A stretch of DNA of 64,000 bases from the IMG/VR virus record IMGVR_UViG_3300033066_002255, one strand, 5' to 3'. Made by a program: the position numbers and the translations under genes. Shown here in pieces: positions 52,179-61,827 of this stretch; the stretch's first letter is position 1, and the number at the start of each line of letters is the position of its first letter. The DNA is from a virus. Taxonomy: Duplodnaviria > Caudoviricetes. Under the pieces are notes generated by a model that was not told where the DNA came from, did no database searches, and saw only the letters and a program-made list of their open reading frames with translations.

Positions 52179-52487
52179 CTAAGAAAGAAAAAATTCCTCC
52201 TTAGTTCTATTATAAATTTCAAGAATTTTTTCTTTTAATTCTGGATTATCGAATTCTTTAGGTTTTAAATGATTTTCAAGATTAGTTATTTTATCTATAA
52301 GTTCATAAACAAGATTCCTAAAATCGTTTTCAAAAGAAAAACTAAAATTAAATTCAAAATCTAATATTTGCAAAAAATGCTTACGAAATATTAAATAGTT
52401 TTTTTCATTTATTTCGCCAGAGTTATCTTCAAACCATTCTTCTAAAATCAATAAAAAAACTTCTCTTTTAGCATTATTCGTCATCAT
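52179..52487 (-). CDS. Hypothetical protein
   Basis: 102 aa, overlaps the sigma gene stop. Confidence 0.6.
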   Translation of the reverse strand: MMTNNAKREVFLLILEEWFEDNSGEINEKNYLIFRKHFLQILDFEFNFSFSFENDFRNLVYELIDKITNLENHLKPKEFDNPELKEKILEIYNRTKEEFFLS

Positions 52488-53562
52488 CTCTTTTAATAAA
52501 ATCTTGTTTTAATAAACGATAGAAAGCTCTAAATCTACTTAAAGAATAAGTAATATCTTTAGTTTGTAAACCAGTACTTTCTTTAATCAAATGATAAACA
52601 TGATTTTTATTATATGCACCTAAAATTTCATGATTTTTAAAGATTTGAATTATTGCATCGCCAACCTTCATGTCATTTTCAGAAAGATGGCCTTTGTCTA
52701 ATTCGCACTCTATAGAATCTATAACGTGACTAAAAAGTGTATAAGATGTGTCTAAATCTGACTTATCATGTAATTCAAATTTTTCTACACTATCTGCCTC
52801 CTCACGATGGTCATCATAATCTAAATTAGTTTGAATAAACTTATCTAATTCTTTTTTTTCACCTTGCAAATAATGTTTGGCAACTGTTCCAAAGTAAGAA
52901 AACGATTTTGTATTCTTACCTGGGTTAAAATTAGCAAACTTACCATAGACAAAAGAAAGACAGTCATTATGAAGTGTTTTGATATCTACACCTGGCCTAA
53001 ATAATTTAAAATTGAAAATGATATTTTCAATCAGTTTATTTAACGGTTTTTGAATTCTATCTCTAAAAATTTTATCCTTATATAGAATATATTTCAAGTT
53101 AGATGTTTCATCAGATTTTTCTTTAAAATACTGAACTTTTGACTCATCTACTGGTTTTTTCTTTTTCCAGCAACTTTCTACATATTTTACAAGTTGAACA
53201 TTGTAATAATTAAAATCATTTTCTAAAAATTCTATAACTGCCATTTCTGTGTCTTCAGTCCAATATGTCTTTCTTTTCTTTTCTAATTCTAAGATATCTA
53301 TATCGGCTTTCACTGTAGGTGCTTCTTCTGGAGATGTAACAATTATGTCTTTTTCTATTAAATTTTCTTGGTTTTCAATTATTATAATATTTTCTTCTAT
53401 TTTCGGGGTAACTTTTTTAGAAGTTACTTTTTCGACTATTTTTTTTGTAGTTGTTTTTTTTGCAGCCGTTTTTTTAACAACTGCTTTTTTAACTACTTTA
53501 CTTTTTTTTGCTGTTGTATTATTTGCCTTTTTTTTATTATTTTTTTTAATAAGACGGCTCAT
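52474..53562 (-). CDS. Phage sigma factor (gp55-like, sigma70 region 2) with Lys-rich N-terminal extension
   Basis: YWTEDTEMAV...KLIENIIFNF...DCLSFVYGKFANFNPGKNTKSFSYFGTVAKHYL; ATG at 53562. Confidence 0.75.
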   Translation of the reverse strand: MSRLIKKNNKKKANNTTAKKSKVVKKAVVKKTAAKKTTTKKIVEKVTSKKVTPKIEENIIIIENQENLIEKDIIVTSPEEAPTVKADIDILELEKKRKTYWTEDTEMAVIEFLENDFNYYNVQLVKYVESCWKKKKPVDESKVQYFKEKSDETSNLKYILYKDKIFRDRIQKPLNKLIENIIFNFKLFRPGVDIKTLHNDCLSFVYGKFANFNPGKNTKSFSYFGTVAKHYLQGEKKELDKFIQTNLDYDDHREEADSVEKFELHDKSDLDTSYTLFSHVIDSIECELDKGHLSENDMKVGDAIIQIFKNHEILGAYNKNHVYHLIKESTGLQTKDITYSLSRFRAFYRLLKQDFIKRDDDE

Positions 53563-54505
53563 AAATCTTTTTTCTATCTTCTTCAAAGAAGTATTCTTTT
53601 TTAGCTAATTCAAACCAATATCTACCTTCTTCTGGCGTAATACCACCTTTTTCTAATGGATAAGTTGTAATATCCTGAGGCAGCTTACACGTAGAATCAT
53701 TGAAAGTGTTTTTTCTCACTATTTTTAATTCATATCCTATTCTTGGAATAGTCATTATTTTTAAGTCATTATAAACCATTCTTAAAAAGAATTCATAATA
53801 GTGAGTAAGTTTCATACTTTCTTTCATTGGCTTAAAAGTTCCTGAAATAGAGTTATCCGCTTCATCTTTTTCTGCTTCAGAATATTCTTTTATAGCAGAA
53901 ATTTTATATAAGGCACCTAATGGATTAACGCAATTATAACGCATTAACATATTAACGTCTATTTTTCCTGCTTCTTCGGCCATTCCTTCTGCCCAAGATG
54001 CTTCGTTTAATAAACCAGAGAAAGAACCGTTAATAGAATTTCTCATCATAGGTAAGAATACTCCTATTTCAGGATTTTCAGATGCGTATGTTTCAACTGT
54101 ATTAAACCATTTTAAAGAATAGCTATCATCTGGTTCTATTACTGAAATAAAATCATATCCTGATTCATCAGCAATATTAAATGTTTTATTGAAAATTTGT
54201 GCAAAACTTAAAGGAGTTTCACAAATTACATGAGAACAATTAACAGATTTTGTAGCTTTCACTATTTCTTCTTTAATTTCTCCATTTTCTTCTCTCTTAG
54301 AAATAGAATAATATGGAGCTAAAGTAATTTCCTTTATTCTTTCAATATTCTCAGAGCTTAAACCATGAGTATAAATTAAAAGGTCTACTGGCTTACTTTG
54401 TTCTGCAAGAGTATAAATACATTCTGCCAAATTTCTTTCTAATGGCATTTCATATAAGTACATTGCTACTAAGCAATTACTTTGTTTTGATTCCTTCAAG
54501 TTCAT
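53546..54505 (-). CDS. Glycosyltransferase, GT-A/GT2-like
   Basis: LAECIYTLAEQ, FISVIEPDD, YEFFLRM...TIPRIGY. Confidence 0.65.
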   Translation of the reverse strand: MNLKESKQSNCLVAMYLYEMPLERNLAECIYTLAEQSKPVDLLIYTHGLSSENIERIKEITLAPYYSISKREENGEIKEEIVKATKSVNCSHVICETPLSFAQIFNKTFNIADESGYDFISVIEPDDSYSLKWFNTVETYASENPEIGVFLPMMRNSINGSFSGLLNEASWAEGMAEEAGKIDVNMLMRYNCVNPLGALYKISAIKEYSEAEKDEADNSISGTFKPMKESMKLTHYYEFFLRMVYNDLKIMTIPRIGYELKIVRKNTFNDSTCKLPQDITTYPLEKGGITPEEGRYWFELAKKEYFFEEDRKKIYEPSY

Positions 54506-55700
54506 TGATTCTTTCGTTTTTGTATTGATTAATAATATTTACAATTCCAGCTATTTCTAACTCTTCAGTATAAGGCTCAAGAGTTTTTTCATAAGATTCT
54601 TGAATTTCTGGTAAATCCATTTCTCCTGCTAACCACTTATCAATAGCTACTCCTAATAATTCTGCAGTAGTAAAGATATCTCCATTAGCTGTCCAGAAAC
54701 CATTATTTTCATTTATATATTCTTTACCTCCAAATGGAGCCCATCCAACAACATGCGTCCCAGAAGCCATAGCTTCTAATGGTAAAGTACCAAAGCCAGC
54801 AATATCATCTGTATATAATAAAAAAGCACAAGAAGCAAGTCTTTCTGCGAATTGTTCTCTATCCATTCCTTGTAACTCTACAAATCTAACCCATTTTAAA
54901 TGAGGATAGAAAGCATAAAAATTCTTGATAATACTGTGAGTTTTCATTTTATTTTCTTGACCTCTACTACCAGTAAATGCAACCATAGGAAATTTTTCAG
55001 ATAATTTAGATGGTACTTTAAATAACTTTCTATTGATACCTTGTTTAAAGTTTTTAATATTTAATCCTGGCATTGTTGAATTAATATATTCAGTAATAGC
55101 ATCAGATACACTAATTACATCTTGAATACCGAAATGTTGCCATTTTTGACCAGGCTGCATTGCTAATAAAACATAAAACCAACTTTGAGCAAGAACAATT
55201 CTTTTACAAGAAACTTGCATAGTTTTTTGCATTACATTTGGATATCCTTCTGGAATAATTAAAAAGTCTTCAGGACTAACATTTAAATTAGAACATTTAA
55301 AAGGAATATATTCTCCTTTTTCATTTTTGTCTTCACTAAAGTAAATATCTTTATCACCTAATGGAATAAACTCAATACCAGTTAAGTCAAAATCAACCCA
55401 AGATGGATTAAATTTATCATAAACATCTATTTGAGTTTTTGCTTTCATAGAAGCCTCATAAGAAGCTCTTTGATTAATCATAGCTGGTTCATAAACAATT
55501 TTAATATTATGACCTGCGTCTTTTAAGGTTTTTGCTGATTTTAGTAAAACCCCTACTCCTCCACTTGGAGTATTCATGTGTGGACAATAAAAAATAATGC
55601 TAAATTGATTATCTCTTATTTTGTTAATAGTTAAATCAATGAATTCATTATGACTTAACTTTTTTTCTTCTACAACTGGTGTTGCTGCTTCGTTTTCCAT
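54477..55700 (-). CDS. Glycosyltransferase, GT-B/GT4-like
   Basis: PSGGVGV, IIPEG, AGFGTLPLEAMASGTHVVG. Confidence 0.8.
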   Translation of the reverse strand: MENEAATPVVEEKKLSHNEFIDLTINKIRDNQFSIIFYCPHMNTPSGGVGVLLKSAKTLKDAGHNIKIVYEPAMINQRASYEASMKAKTQIDVYDKFNPSWVDFDLTGIEFIPLGDKDIYFSEDKNEKGEYIPFKCSNLNVSPEDFLIIPEGYPNVMQKTMQVSCKRIVLAQSWFYVLLAMQPGQKWQHFGIQDVISVSDAITEYINSTMPGLNIKNFKQGINRKLFKVPSKLSEKFPMVAFTGSRGQENKMKTHSIIKNFYAFYPHLKWVRFVELQGMDREQFAERLASCAFLLYTDDIAGFGTLPLEAMASGTHVVGWAPFGGKEYINENNGFWTANGDIFTTAELLGVAIDKWLAGEMDLPEIQESYEKTLEPYTEELEIAGIVNIINQYKNERINELEGIKTK

Positions 55701-55785
55701 ATATTTATTTCAATTATTAATGGTTAATTATTTTAAATATAGAAACGTAAAATAATAAAGTAAATAGTTTTTTAAAAAAATAAAA

Positions 55786-55812
55786 AAAAGCCATCAAAAA
55801 TTTGATGGCTTT
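55786..55812 (-). terminator. Intrinsic terminator
   Basis: AAAGCCATCAAA-AA-TTTGATGGCTTT with an A run on the left (T run on minus strand). Confidence 0.8.
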
Positions 55813-55832
55813 AGAAAAAATAATATTATTTT

Positions 55833-56993
55833 TTAAACAATTCCACTTGAATCATTACTGTTTTGAGATTTATTATTTAAGTTTGACAAAGCATCTTTAG
55901 CCTTTTGTATATCTGCATCTGATACTGTACCGCTTAAATCAAGAGATAATGCATCTTCTCCTATGTTGTTACCACTTACTACTTCAGATAAGTAACTATC
56001 ATTTGTAAATACTCCAGCACTTCTATACATTGCTCTTTTTCCAAGAGAAGAACTTAAGGAATTAAAAGCAAGAGTAGAGCCAACACCTGAAGAAACATAA
56101 TTAGAAGTATTTTGATAAGCAATACCTAAATTACTTGCTGTCATAACAGCATTTTGATTTGCTCCTATATATGTAAATGTCCACATTTTAGTAGCTTCAA
56201 GACTTTCAATTAAATCTTTAATTGAAGATGCGTTATATTCTTTTGAAGCGTTTTCAAAACCATCTGTTAATATAACTACATATACATCTGCTTCTCCAGA
56301 ATCTATTTTAGAAGAAATTCTATTTTTTAAATTCTTAACACTTATTCCAATTGCATCATGTAAAGCTGTAGTTGCATCAGGTCTATAATCTTCTTCAGTA
56401 AGCTTTCTTAATTTATCTGAAGATACATTTTCAAATAAAGGTGTAATCTCATCATCAAATTTAATTATGCTTACAAAATATTTTTGGTCAGGATATTTTT
56501 CACTAAGATTTTTTATTGTTTGAATTTGTTCATTCAAACCTCCAAGTGTTTCTTTTTTTGCCCCTTCCATAGAACCACTTTCATCTACAATTAAAAGATA
56601 GTGAGTTTCTTTAGGTGTAACAGTTGTTGTAGTAGTCGTTGTAACAGTTGTTGTTGTAACAACTTTCTTCACTCTATTTAAAACTTTTCTAGCAGCTTTT
56701 TTACCTTTTTTAGGAGCTGCAGTTTTCTTAGGAGTTACTTTCTTTTTAGGAGCTGCTTTCTTTTTAGGAGCAGCAGTCTTTTTAGGAGCTACTTTCTTTT
56801 TAGAAGCTGCAGTTTTCTTAGGAGCTACCTTCTTTTTAGGGGCTGCTTTCTTTTTAGGAGCAGCAGTCTTTTTAGGAGCTACTTTCTTTTTAGAAGCTGC
56901 AGTTTTCTTAGGAGCTACCTTCTTTTTAGGGGCTGCTTTCTTTTTTGGAGCAGCAGTCTTTTTAGGAGACTTTTGTTTTGTTTTTGCTTTCAT
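55833..56993 (-). CDS. Histone H1-like (KKAAP repeats) - Thr linker - von Willebrand factor A fusion
   Basis: About 15 KK(K)xAP hexamers, poly-Thr tract, LIVDESGSM MIDAS, TALHDAI, VILTDGFEN, YIGAN. Confidence 0.85.
   Translation of the reverse strand: MKAKTKQKSPKKTAAPKKKAAPKKKVAPKKTAASKKKVAPKKTAAPKKKAAPKKKVAPKKTAASKKKVAPKKTAAPKKKAAPKKKVTPKKTAAPKKGKKAARKVLNRVKKVVTTTTVTTTTTTTVTPKETHYLLIVDESGSMEGAKKETLGGLNEQIQTIKNLSEKYPDQKYFVSIIKFDDEITPLFENVSSDKLRKLTEEDYRPDATTALHDAIGISVKNLKNRISSKIDSGEADVYVVILTDGFENASKEYNASSIKDLIESLEATKMWTFTYIGANQNAVMTASNLGIAYQNTSNYVSSGVGSTLAFNSLSSSLGKRAMYRSAGVFTNDSYLSEVVSGNNIGEDALSLDLSGTVSDADIQKAKDALSNLNNKSQNSNDSSGIV
56761..56940. repeat. Perfect 2 x 90-bp tandem repeat within an 18-bp-unit array
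   Basis: 56761-56850 is identical to 56851-56940; partial copies on both sides. Confidence 0.9.
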
Positions 56994-57073
56994 GTGTTTG
57001 CTTTTTTTTAATTATTTTTTTAATTTCTTTAGCTGTCGCTACTTTTCCTTTTTTCATATTATTATTTTTTATT

Positions 57074-57823
57074 TTATTCTACTGTATTAAATATTTTTTT
57101 AAAAAAATCTTCATTGTAAACTTCTTTTATGCTTTGAAAAGAATAATCTGCTGCATCCCATTGATTAAAAGAATGATTAATTTTAATACTCACTTTATCT
57201 GCTGGTTTTGTTTGAAATGTTGTTGGCATAATGTCAATTACAGCATCGCAATGATTCCACTTTTCAGAGTCGGAATTTAAATGTTTAATATTTTTTATTC
57301 TACAATTAGTAGAACCTAAAAATGCATATGTTGCTGTAATAGCTTTGCTTTTAAGAGTAGTAAATAATACTACATCAAATAAACCTTTTGAAAGGCCTAA
57401 AAATTGTATTTTATTAACTGTTTCCATTGCGCCAGGATATTCAGGAGCCATTCCAAAAATTTGATAAGGATAAGTTTCATAAAGAAAATCTTCTAAATTT
57501 TGTTTTGGAGACATTTCAATAGGTGTATAATCAACTCCTTCTTCAATATCTAACTTAGACATTTTAATCGTTTTTGAATCGAACTTATAATGATTCAATA
57601 AATCAAAAGAATCTACTGGAAGAGTTATAAGCTCTCTTTCTTTATCTTTAATTCTTTGTTCTATAGCTTTTTCTTCTTCCTCGCTATAAGCCTTATATGC
57701 CATATTCTCTTCATCCATAGCTACAATGCTTGGATTGTGAATATACATTTTTCTATACTGTTTGTCAAATTGACTATGGAAATCTCTGATTATTCCATCT
57801 ATATTTATTCCTAATGTTTTCAT
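57074..57823 (-). CDS. HAD-superfamily 5'(3')-nucleotidase-like protein, degenerate motif I
   Basis: ATG 57823; LGINIDGIIRDF (N replaces first D), YPGAME, CDAVID. Confidence 0.6.
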   Translation of the reverse strand: MKTLGINIDGIIRDFHSQFDKQYRKMYIHNPSIVAMDEENMAYKAYSEEEEKAIEQRIKDKERELITLPVDSFDLLNHYKFDSKTIKMSKLDIEEGVDYTPIEMSPKQNLEDFLYETYPYQIFGMAPEYPGAMETVNKIQFLGLSKGLFDVVLFTTLKSKAITATYAFLGSTNCRIKNIKHLNSDSEKWNHCDAVIDIMPTTFQTKPADKVSIKINHSFNQWDAADYSFQSIKEVYNEDFFKKIFNTVE

Positions 57824-57839
57824 GCTAAAATATAATAAA

Positions 57840-57892
57840 TAAAAAAGACTAAACAAAATTTTTATAGTTTAAATTTTGTTTAGTCTTTTTTA
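57840..57892. terminator. Long inverted repeat / terminator
   Basis: AAAAAAGACTAAACAAAATTT...AAATTTTGTTTAGTCTTTTTT. Confidence 0.8.
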
Positions 57893-57911
57893 TTTGACTT
57901 ATTATATCTTG

Positions 57912-59489
57912 CTATTTTAAAGTGGTATATTCTAAACCATCTTTTGTATGAAAGAAAACAATATGCTGCAACTTACCAAGTCTATTAATAATTCCATGAC
58001 TATTAACCCAGGCGCTTGCTCCTACATTATAACCAACACGAAGATATGTTGAAGTACCTACGCTTGCAGCTCCAGCTATTCTACCTATAGTATGAGAATG
58101 TCCTGTCAAACTTTTGCTTGATAATCTACTATATTGAGATATACTACCTCTACTACCAGAAGCTCCAATGTGACCATGAACACTCATAAGCCAACCTTTG
58201 ACTTTTACGCTATCATTATGGCCAAGACACTTAAATTTAGGATATTTTTGATTAATTATATATGGAACTACTCCGTTATCTGCTAATCCCTTAAGTCTTG
58301 CCATAGAATATTCCATATATGGAATAGCATTTTTTAAAGTAGTCATTTTTCTCCAATCAGTAGTTTCAAGAAACTTATCAATATGTTCATCATGATTACT
58401 TTTTACAATATAAACATTGTATTTTTCAAAAGGTTTTAGCCATTCAATCATTTCTTTTACTTCTTTAGCTAAATCATTAGCTCCAGTCATTTCTAATTTG
58501 TGCAATAAAAATGGGTCTTTTAGGTTATGATGACTAACACTTTGAGAATCCATAATATCATGTAGAAATACTTTTTTAGGCTTTAATCTTTTAAAAAGAT
58601 TATTTAAAGTAACATCTGTAACTCTTGGGTCACAATGTCTAACATGAATATCTCCAAGAGCAATAGCTTCTACTTCAGTTTCTTTTGAAGTTTTTTCTCC
58701 ATCTACAAAAGTTTCTAAATCAATAAATTCTCCTTTTGAATTTGCTTGAACTTGTCTGAAAAAGAAAGTTTCTTTGTCCTTAATTTCAACAACTGCAAAT
58801 CCAAGAGAATGATGAAATTCACCCTTCTTTCCTTGTTTACTATCTGTATAATTTTGTAAAGTACAAGCTCCAGTAGTAAACATAATTTTATGTCTCTCTC
58901 CTTCTAAAACAGGCAACGTTTTTAATTCAATACGAGGATGTCCAACAACACAAGAGTGGTCTCCTGTCATACCTTCTAATCCTTGGAGTGGTTGAGAACT
59001 TGTAGGTTGTATTTTAATATCTGATAATACAGAAACTGCATTATTAAAATTATTTCTATTTAATGTTAAATAAGGTAAAATAGCTTCATCCCACCAATCA
59101 TCATTTTCTTGTTTATCAGTCCAAACGCTTGTTGGATTTTTAAAGCGATATGGAATTACTAAAATTTCAGCATCATATTTTTTTGCAAGAGTTTCCATAC
59201 CTTTTACAAAATTTTTGTGAATGCTTGTTGCATTTTGTGCCGCCGTAATAAAGAAAATCTTTTTATCTTTATCGTGACTTTTATTTTTGGCAACTTTTAG
59301 GATTTCTGGTTCTACAGCACCTTTTTCTGCAAATCCTAATTTGTTAGAACACCATATCCTAACAGTCCTTTCGGATTTGCCAAAAAAATCCATTAAAATT
59401 TTCATTCTTTCATCCCAAGCAAGTGTTTTATCAGTATAAACACCTTTGGCATATTTGATTTGGTCTTCTGTTAAATCTTTAAAATTCAT
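57912..59489 (-). CDS. Calcineurin-like metallophosphoesterase with N-terminal HTH-like region
   Basis: LGDIH, LHDIMD, SNHD, HGH, TGHSH. Confidence 0.8.
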   Translation of the reverse strand: MNFKDLTEDQIKYAKGVYTDKTLAWDERMKILMDFFGKSERTVRIWCSNKLGFAEKGAVEPEILKVAKNKSHDKDKKIFFITAAQNATSIHKNFVKGMETLAKKYDAEILVIPYRFKNPTSVWTDKQENDDWWDEAILPYLTLNRNNFNNAVSVLSDIKIQPTSSQPLQGLEGMTGDHSCVVGHPRIELKTLPVLEGERHKIMFTTGACTLQNYTDSKQGKKGEFHHSLGFAVVEIKDKETFFFRQVQANSKGEFIDLETFVDGEKTSKETEVEAIALGDIHVRHCDPRVTDVTLNNLFKRLKPKKVFLHDIMDSQSVSHHNLKDPFLLHKLEMTGANDLAKEVKEMIEWLKPFEKYNVYIVKSNHDEHIDKFLETTDWRKMTTLKNAIPYMEYSMARLKGLADNGVVPYIINQKYPKFKCLGHNDSVKVKGWLMSVHGHIGASGSRGSISQYSRLSSKSLTGHSHTIGRIAGAASVGTSTYLRVGYNVGASAWVNSHGIINRLGKLQHIVFFHTKDGLEYTTLK

Positions 59490-59512
59490 AATAAAATGCT
59501 ATTCTTTTTTTG

Positions 59513-59543
59513 CAAATATAATACAAAAAAATAAAATAACAAA
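59513..59543 (-). promoter_or_regulatory. Bacteroidota-type sigma70 promoter TTTG-N19-TATATTTG
   Basis: Exact -33/-7 consensus upstream of 59489. Confidence 0.75.
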
Positions 59544-59567
59544 TTTTATGCGGGATTATTTTTTGAT

Positions 59568-60746
59568 TTACTCAGTTACAACTTTAATTATACAGTCACA
59601 CATCCTATTAATTTCTTCTTCTGTTAACTTAGGATGATTAGGTATATACATACCGCACTTATCGACTTTATTTACATTTTGTAATTCATTTCTACCGTAT
59701 TTTTTTATGTAAAAAGGCTGTGTACCCATAGAGCCACAAATAAGAGGTCTACATTCTACATTATTTTCGATTAAAGCTTTTGCAATTGCATTTTTTTCTT
59801 CTTCAGAGCTTGCAATTATTGGTATACAAAAACTTGCAGTAAAACTTCCTTCAACTTCTTGAGGAAACCATGTATATGGAGATAATTTTTCCTTAAAAAT
59901 TTGAAAGTTTTTATTTCTTTGAGCAATCATTTCATCAACCTTTTTTAGTTGTTCAATACCAATAACTGCTTGTAAATCTGTAGCTCTAACATTAAAGCCA
60001 GGAACATAAAAAGTATATAATGCAGAAAAATCATCTATTCCCCATTGCTCTCTTAATTCTTTTTGTCTTTCAGTATCAAGGTCTCTGTCCCAACCATGAC
60101 TTCTTAATTGCTTAAGCATATCATACACAGCTTTATCATTTGTACATATCATACCACCTTCAATGGTACTCATAGTATGTCCAAAATATGTAGAAAAAGA
60201 AGACATAAGTCCAAAATTTCCAAGTTTTATATCATTATATTTTGTACCTTGAGATTCGCAATTATCTTCTAATAATATTACACCATATTTTTTACAAAGC
60301 TCAACAATCTCATTCATTTTAGGAGAAAGTCCTAAAACTGAAACAAGAATCATTGCAGATGGCTTGTAGTTTTCAAAAATAATTTTAAGATGTTCTATGT
60401 CTACAGCTAAATTAGTAGGGTCTATATCTACAAGTATAGGGTCAAAACCTAATTGCATAACTGGAGCTAAATCTGTTGCCCAGCCAAGAGATGGTACTAC
60501 AATTCTTTTATTTCTAAGTTTATACATTTCAATTAATGCTGCAAGCATTAATAAATTTGCAGATGAACCAGAATTAACAAATACAGAATATTTACAACCA
60601 ATCCATTTAGACCACATTTCTTCAAATTCACGAACTTTATTTCCCTGAGTTAATCTTGGATATGTCTTTAACCATTCAATCAAATTGTCTATGTCGTCTT
60701 TGTCAATTGTATCTTTAACTAAAGTAATCTTTTCTGGATTTGTCAT
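59568..60746 (-). CDS. colD: DegT/DnrJ family PLP enzyme, ColD-like GDP-4-keto-6-deoxymannose 3-dehydratase
   Basis: VNSGSSANLL, EDNCES, STYFGHTMSTIEGG (His at the PLP-Lys position), RSHGWDRDL, PGFNVR. Confidence 0.75.
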   Translation of the reverse strand: MTNPEKITLVKDTIDKDDIDNLIEWLKTYPRLTQGNKVREFEEMWSKWIGCKYSVFVNSGSSANLLMLAALIEMYKLRNKRIVVPSLGWATDLAPVMQLGFDPILVDIDPTNLAVDIEHLKIIFENYKPSAMILVSVLGLSPKMNEIVELCKKYGVILLEDNCESQGTKYNDIKLGNFGLMSSFSTYFGHTMSTIEGGMICTNDKAVYDMLKQLRSHGWDRDLDTERQKELREQWGIDDFSALYTFYVPGFNVRATDLQAVIGIEQLKKVDEMIAQRNKNFQIFKEKLSPYTWFPQEVEGSFTASFCIPIIASSEEEKNAIAKALIENNVECRPLICGSMGTQPFYIKKYGRNELQNVNKVDKCGMYIPNHPKLTEEEINRMCDCIIKVVTE

Positions 60747-61741
60747 AAATCATTTATTTTTTTATTTATATTATTTTTTTCTATAAATTCGTTATAAGCC
60801 TTTGCGGCTTCTAATTCAGAATTATATGAACCAATATAATTATGTTTTCCATTAAAATAAACAGAAGATTCCCATTTTTGAGGCTTTTTTTTAAAGCTTA
60901 CTCCAAAATATTTAGAAGTTCTTTTTTTGTTAATATCTATTTTTTCCCAATTTGGGATTATGTTTAATTGAGCACTATTACCATATAATTCTAAAGCCTT
61001 TTTGTTATACGCTATCGCAGCATGAATTTCTTCTTTAAAGTGTCCTATGATAATAGATTTTCTATTAAATCTTACTGTTGCTCTCCAGAGTTTATCTTTA
61101 TTATCAATATAACTAACTCCAATATATTTTGAGCTTGTGTTTGAATTTTTAAAACCTAAAAGAGTTTTGGAAATTTTATTTTTTGTATCTTCTGAAGGCG
61201 GTAATCGTCTACTTTGAGATTCGCTCATTTTTATTTTAGATTCTGTAGAATGAGAACGACCTAAATTAGCTTTAGAAATTTTTTGACTTGTTTGCTTTTT
61301 AATGTCTTCTGGAATATTTTTATATGATATTCTTCTATTTTCTTTTTCTTGTTCAGATACTTTTCGTCCTAAGCATTTTCCCTTATTTGAATTGCCTATT
61401 TTATTTTTAGTTTCTTGAGACAATATCCTACCAGAAACGCCCTCTCCTCCATCTGTTGAATTAACTAAAATTCCCATGTTTTTATCTGCTCTACCAAAAA
61501 GTTTAATATAGAATTTTTCAGAAAAGTTACATAACTCTTCATTTTTACAAATCTTAATTAATTTAATTTCTGGGATTAAACTTTGTTTTTTAAGAGAATT
61601 AAGCCAATTGGTTTTATGAGTTTTTGTTTTATCTTTGAGATGACCATTAAACAAACGTCTATTTAAATTTTTAGTTGTTTTACCTACATATCTAACCTCA
61701 TTTGTTCTTGGGTCTATTAAAAAATATATTTTATATTCCAT
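60743..61741 (-). CDS. GIY-YIG homing endonuclease with NUMOD3-like repeats and two AP2 domains
   Basis: ATG 61741; KIYFL..YVGKT..RR..H..E..N; SQETKNKI/STESKIKMS; SKYIGVS...EIHAAIAYN and SKYFGVS...ELEAAKAYN. Confidence 0.88.
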   Translation of the reverse strand: MEYKIYFLIDPRTNEVRYVGKTTKNLNRRLFNGHLKDKTKTHKTNWLNSLKKQSLIPEIKLIKICKNEELCNFSEKFYIKLFGRADKNMGILVNSTDGGEGVSGRILSQETKNKIGNSNKGKCLGRKVSEQEKENRRISYKNIPEDIKKQTSQKISKANLGRSHSTESKIKMSESQSRRLPPSEDTKNKISKTLLGFKNSNTSSKYIGVSYIDNKDKLWRATVRFNRKSIIIGHFKEEIHAAIAYNKKALELYGNSAQLNIIPNWEKIDINKKRTSKYFGVSFKKKPQKWESSVYFNGKHNYIGSYNSELEAAKAYNEFIEKNNINKKINDL

Positions 61742-61827
61742 GTTGCATTTTATTATAAATAGAATAAAAATTCCCAAACTGACAAAAGGCTTAAAATTTA
61801 AAACATTTTTTTGAAATATTTATTTAA

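Noticed and set aside
1416-60648. Many short antisense or nested ORFs in the track (e.g. 1416-1607, 18736-19062, 37422-37757, 49955-50335, 53249-53608, 56978-57280)
   Set aside because: They lie opposite or inside well-supported genes, have shadow-type composition and lack promoter motifs.
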